64,000 nucleotides of DNA from Octopus bimaculoides (taxonomy: Eukaryota): the NCBI RefSeq assembly GCF_001194135.2, contig NC_068981.1, positions 187,172,170 through 187,236,169 on the forward strand, written 5' to 3'. Below, one piece after another: positions 63,996-64,000 of this stretch. The stretch's first letter is position 1, and each line of letters begins with the position of its first letter. Below the pieces are notes generated by a model, which was not told the DNA's origin, did not search any database, and saw only the letters and a list, made by a program, of their open reading frames with translations. The translations under genes and the position numbers were made by a program.

Positions 63996-64000
63996 ATTTA

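Noticed and set aside
1-64000. Prokaryotic-type systems (CRISPR arrays, operons, defence loci)
   Set aside because: The window is spliced eukaryotic DNA; its tandem repeats have no unique spacers and no cas-like ORFs are present.

Overview
AT-rich, microsatellite- and SINE-dense animal genomic DNA with four N-gaps. The repeat landscape points to a coleoid cephalopod, most likely Octopus (inference). Two complete spliced genes were reconstructed by hand on the minus strand, with GT-AG boundaries and consistent phases. GMPPB has 9 coding exons (23236->10275, 360 aa). ACTR8/Arp8 has 12 coding exons (59401->38384, 605 aa from the conserved Met), with an unexplained 118-codon in-frame open extension upstream of that Met. 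The rest is mostly tRNA-derived SINEs, RTE and CR1 LINE fragments, and hAT/piggyBac-type MITEs. The most unusual signal is a family of tRNA-headed elements ending in a minimal type I hammerhead-ribozyme motif. One copy sits in an ACTR8 intron as a head-to-head ~490-bp palindrome bounded by a perfect 14-bp target-site duplication. A separate Penelope-like direct repeat at 36.6-37.0 kb carries two more hammerhead motifs. All structural calls were made by eye and no database searches were run. Repeat boundaries are approximate to about +/-10 nt.
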